DNA of 64,000 nt from Felis catus (taxonomy: Eukaryota). The translations under genes were made by a program, and so were the position numbers. The stretch is taken from contig NC_058382.1 in NCBI RefSeq assembly GCF_018350175.1, positions 52,144,001 to 52,208,000 on the forward strand, read 5' to 3'. Below the pieces are notes generated by a model that ran no database searches, had not been told where the DNA came from, and saw only the letters and a list, made by a program, of their open reading frames with translations. Positions 60,091-64,000 of the stretch are shown here, in pieces; the stretch's first letter is position 1, and every line of letters begins with the position of its first letter.

Positions 60091-61934
60091 AGCAGAGGCG
60101 TCCTCTGAATCACTGCAGGAATATTTAGAGTTTTTTCCTCCTCCCCAGTTCCCTCTGGAAGAGTCTGGTTCCCATGAATTGACTATGAGTCACCAGCCCA
60201 TTCAAGTTCCAGTCCTTGTGAATCTGCCCAAGTCTATGGGCCCCCGTGGAGATTGAGCTTAGGGGCACTTTTTTTTGTATGTTTGTTTGTGTTGTTTTGT
60301 TTTGTTTGTTTTTTTAGGGATCGAGAGCGCCTGTCTTGTGCTTGGTCACGGTATAATGGCAGAGTGTCACTCATCCACTGCTTGGGTGTCCGTCAAGGAC
60401 GGTGGATGCCATATATCCTACAGTAAACAATCAGCCCCTGAGGGTTGATGGTTCAAGTTAGTTTGAAATGAGAAATTGCCAGTGACCTGAAACCCATCAT
60501 TATTAACCTTGTGACACATCATCGCCGTAACCAGTAGGCAGCTCTCTTTTTTTATTTTCTTCTTCTTCTTCTTCTTTTTCTGGTTAGAAGAAAGGCTCAT
60601 TGATGGAAGTTGGCTCGGTTCTTTTTGTTTAAGTAAAGTGGTTGGACCACCAAGGAGAATTGCTTTCCTTTGACTGGGAACGGGTCCTAATACAGATGTC
60701 CTTCACACGGCCAATCCACTTTTGCCGGTGGTACATCCCACAACTGGTTCGTGCTGCGTTTATATATAGACACCCGCCCACAGAGACTGTGTGGAGAAGC
60801 ATCTGTGTGCCACTGCCGAAGTCTTCCAAAGGAATTGCCTTTTAGTAACTCACGTTTTTGTAGCTTAAGTGCATTTGTAATGAACGAATCAATGATTTCT
60901 TTCTCCTTCCTTCATCTAAAAATGGAGCAGGTGACAAAAAGAAAACGTGAGATAGAGAAGCTTTGGGGAAATGCACTATGGAATATCTCTGGGCATTTTA
61001 TGGTAGAGGATTCTGGAAGGGTGAGTCCAACTCTTACTATGTGGCTCCGTCCGTCGGTATGCGTTGGTGGCTCAGGCTATTAGGGTTCCTCTGCACATTT
61101 TCTTTCCCCTATGACAATAGCTCCTTCAGAATCCCGCTATAGGGCACCCACAGAAATGCGCAGGGTTACCTTGGAGTTCATCTGGGCACTCTTCCCCAAC
61201 ACAGGCCCCCTGTGTGGCCTCAACCATTCACTGTTATTTCAGTGTCTTGGCCTTGCTTCTGTGTGTGGCCACAAGGGCATATTTCTTGCTCTAGCTCAAA
61301 AAGTTGAGAAACTTGAACCCCACCCACTTCTTCCCACAATCCACAAACCTCGCTTGCACGGTGCATCTTTGAGTAGCTCTCCTGTCTACGATTTAGGTTT
61401 CCAGATATCGTCTGTTTCATGACCCATGTCCAACCTCCTCTCAGGTCTCGGGCTGTGGAGGCTGATGGAAGGATGGGGGCTCATCTGTGCTGCCTGGGAT
61501 TCATCTTCCCACAGTGCCCGCATCAACAAGGACTTGACCCCAGCTTCCCCAACAAGACCTTAATGTTTCTCTCATTACAAGAGACTTGGGAGCAGGCAGT
61601 CCGGTTGAGGAGCCCGGGTCCACGATGCCACCAGGGGCTCCACCTGTGTTAGTCTTTCCGCTGAACCCTTCTTAGCGTGTGGCTGCTCAGTCTCGGGGCG
61701 TCGCGTCTGTCTTCCAGGCAAGAAGAAGGGGAGAGTGGAGGGCAACGGGCACCTGCCAGCTCACTCCATGAATTCCCCCCGCAGGTCAGTGGCCGGAGGC
61801 AGGTCACGTGGCCACCTGTAGCTGGGCTGGCAGGGAGTCGGGAGAGGTGATGCTGTTTCACCGGGTGTGTGACTCCCCAGGGCTGTTAGTAGGGTGGAGG
61901 GAGAGAACGAGGCAGCGTCTGCCTCGGTGCCCAC

Positions 61935-62130
61935 GGATGCTGGCTGTGGGTTTGAACCTTGTTCCCCTGGTTGGACCGTGACATACGCTTAACCCTTCTC
62001 AGACCGAGCGGCACCCTCCAGAACATGGGGATAGTAATGGGACCTATGGTAGGATTATGAGAAGGATTAAGTTAGGTCAGAGGGGCGCAGTGCTTGGGAC
62101 CGTGACTGGCAGTGGTAAGCCTTCAGTGAC
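61935..62130 (+). mobile_element. MIR
   Basis: gggtttgaacctt...catggggatagtaatgggacctatggtaggattatgagaaggattaagttag...agtgcttgggaccgtgactggca. Confidence 0.7.
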
Positions 62131-63798
62131 CGTCCCAGCTGAGGCCCCCATGGTCATCGTCATCATCTCCCTTTGCTCCCCTCCCCCTTTCCTTTCTCCT
62201 TTCCCTTCTCTTCCTTCATCATCATCACCAGCATCACCCATAGCCACTCCCTCATTCCACCTTACTGAATCCGCATTTTTTTTCTTAATGCCATCAGATA
62301 CAAGGGTCATACAGCATTTTTCATAGGAACATTCGTTTGATATGTTCTGCGTATGAGTTTCCTTCAGCTACACATAGAACCCACAGAAATGGTGGCTTTT
62401 CTAGAAAAGGGTCCTCCCCGGTTCTCTATCACACCACCTGGCACATATTGGGTGTGAGTGCACACCAGCACACAGAGTGTTTGTGGATCAGATGCGTTCA
62501 TTTTTTGCCGAATGACAAACCCACGCTGATTATACTCCTTGTGGGGCTGCTACATGCTCCTGTCTGAGCGCGCGGCCAAGTCACAGATTGATGGCTTCGG
62601 CTGTACATCAAACGGACTTTCCATCCCAGCTGATAAGTAGACACGGTCAGCATGTCACCCTGTGTGCGGGTCCCTTCGTAGCCCTCCCAGTGCATCGGCA
62701 CCTCTGTGGGATGGGGATTGACGTGCCTCCACCTGGCTTCCGGGAGTTGGCTTCCACCAGCCACGGCAGGGCTTCGTGAGCGGGGCCTCGTTCCCACCTT
62801 GCACGCTCTTGACATCTGCCTTGGCCCATGTCCACCCCCTTTCTGTTGTATTAGCCCCTGAGAGAAGCCAGGAAAATTTCAGAGAGTCGTGGAGACCTGA
62901 AGCTACGACCACGGGCAGGGCCCCCCTTTTTGGCCCTGTGGGCAAGAGCCAGGCGTGGCGTCAGTTTGGACGCTCAGGAAACCCCTGAGAAGGGCCGTCG
63001 AGTGTGTCCCCACGTGTGGTTTCAGGAATTTCAAAGACCCAGGGGCTCCGAAAGTCTGACTTCATTTGTGATTTGCGAGCAGTCTCCCGGAAGACTTGGG
63101 GAGCAGACGCGAGACTTGTGAAGCATCCCAGATGCCCTGAGGGTGGGAAAATAAGAAGGGGAGGATAAGGTCCCAGCAATTTCTGGCAGCTTCGTAGCCG
63201 TTCATTATCTTGTGGTAGGAAAGTGTGGTTGGGCTGGTTGTTTTGCTCTTGTTCAGGTTCCCTGTATGTGTTAGGCTGGATTTTTGGTAAATTCAAGGCC
63301 CAACGTGTATAAAGACATTCCTTTCTCAATCTTCTAAGCCATGAGTATTTAGCAGATTCAGTCTTGGGGAGCTCGGTTCCTCACATCAGCTCCGGAATTT
63401 CCACCTGGATGGGAGGCAGAAGGTATGTGGAAGGTCCTCAAAGTGTCACTTCCTCGCCCCCCGGAGCACACGCAGACACCGATCCCAGTGCAGTCTCTGG
63501 GCTCGTGAGCTGCTTTCCTTCCTGGGGCCATTGTGTTAACCGTTTCCCGACGGGGAGTGCTGAAAGAATGTGTGCAGCGTGAGCCGTGCACTTGGCCGTG
63601 GGAAGCGGTGCGGATTAGGAGGCCAGCTGAGTGCACGCCCCACTTAAAGTGGTTCTCCGGAGGAGGGGTGGGGAGTGGGGTCAGCGCTGAGGGCAGGGGG
63701 GGGCTTCAGCCTTGTTCAGACGCTTCAGGTTTTTCCAAAGGGGGAAATGTGTTCATGTATTGCTTATATAATAAAAATTGTTTTCAAAAGTAGCCTGG

Positions 63799-64000
63799 GG
63801 GAATTAGTTTTCTATGGCCGCCATAACCAATTACCTCAAACTCAGTGACTTAAAATAACACACATTCATCACCTTATAGTTCTGGAGGTCAGAAGTCCAG
63901 TGCAGGGCTTCCTAGGCTAGAATCAGGCTCTGATTGGCAGGCTCTGTTCTTTCTGGAAGCTCCCGGGGGAAAATCCAGTTCCTTGCTTTTCTAAGCGACA
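63799..64000 (-). mobile_element. MaLR LTR, MLT1D-like (runs off the window end)
   Basis: attagttttctatggccgccataaccaattacctcaaactcagtgacttaaaataacacacatt...tagttctggaggtcagaagtcc. Confidence 0.85.

Noticed and set aside
1..64000. ORF track as protein-coding genes
   Set aside because: All ORFs are 207 aa or shorter, many begin at non-ATG codons, overlap in several frames, contain microsatellite-derived runs and resemble no protein family I recognise; this is expected noise in mammalian non-coding DNA
1..64000. Naming a host gene
   Set aside because: No exon was recognised; many large-intron, CNE-rich loci fit this pattern, so naming one needs a genome alignment

Overview
Mammalian (carnivore, most likely cat/felid) non-coding genomic DNA. 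There are 22 tRNA-derived Can-SINE/SINEC copies, several of them near-identical felid SINEC_Fc-type with intact target-site duplications. Older repeats include MIR, L2, L1M fragments, three MaLR LTRs (MLT1C/MLT1H/MLT1D-like) and hAT-Charlie elements (MER58, MER5A), plus microsatellites and one 21-bp minisatellite. I could not support any protein-coding exon, RNA gene, CRISPR array or prokaryotic-type system; the supplied ORFs look like chance or repeat-derived frames. SINE orientation bias (16 of 22 on the minus strand) suggests a large intron of a plus-strand gene, which I could not identify. The most notable content is regulatory and structural: repeat-poor, motif-dense blocks resembling conserved enhancers (especially about 37-38 kb and 41-49.7 kb, including a perfect SoxE dimer site near an octamer), an ancient tRNA-Ile-headed SINE relic, an inverted pair of about 98% identical young SINEs bracketing a candidate exon, and two template-switch-like palindromic scars. 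Repeat family names come from remembered consensus sequences; boundaries without a TSD are approximate. I found no convincing novel biological system.
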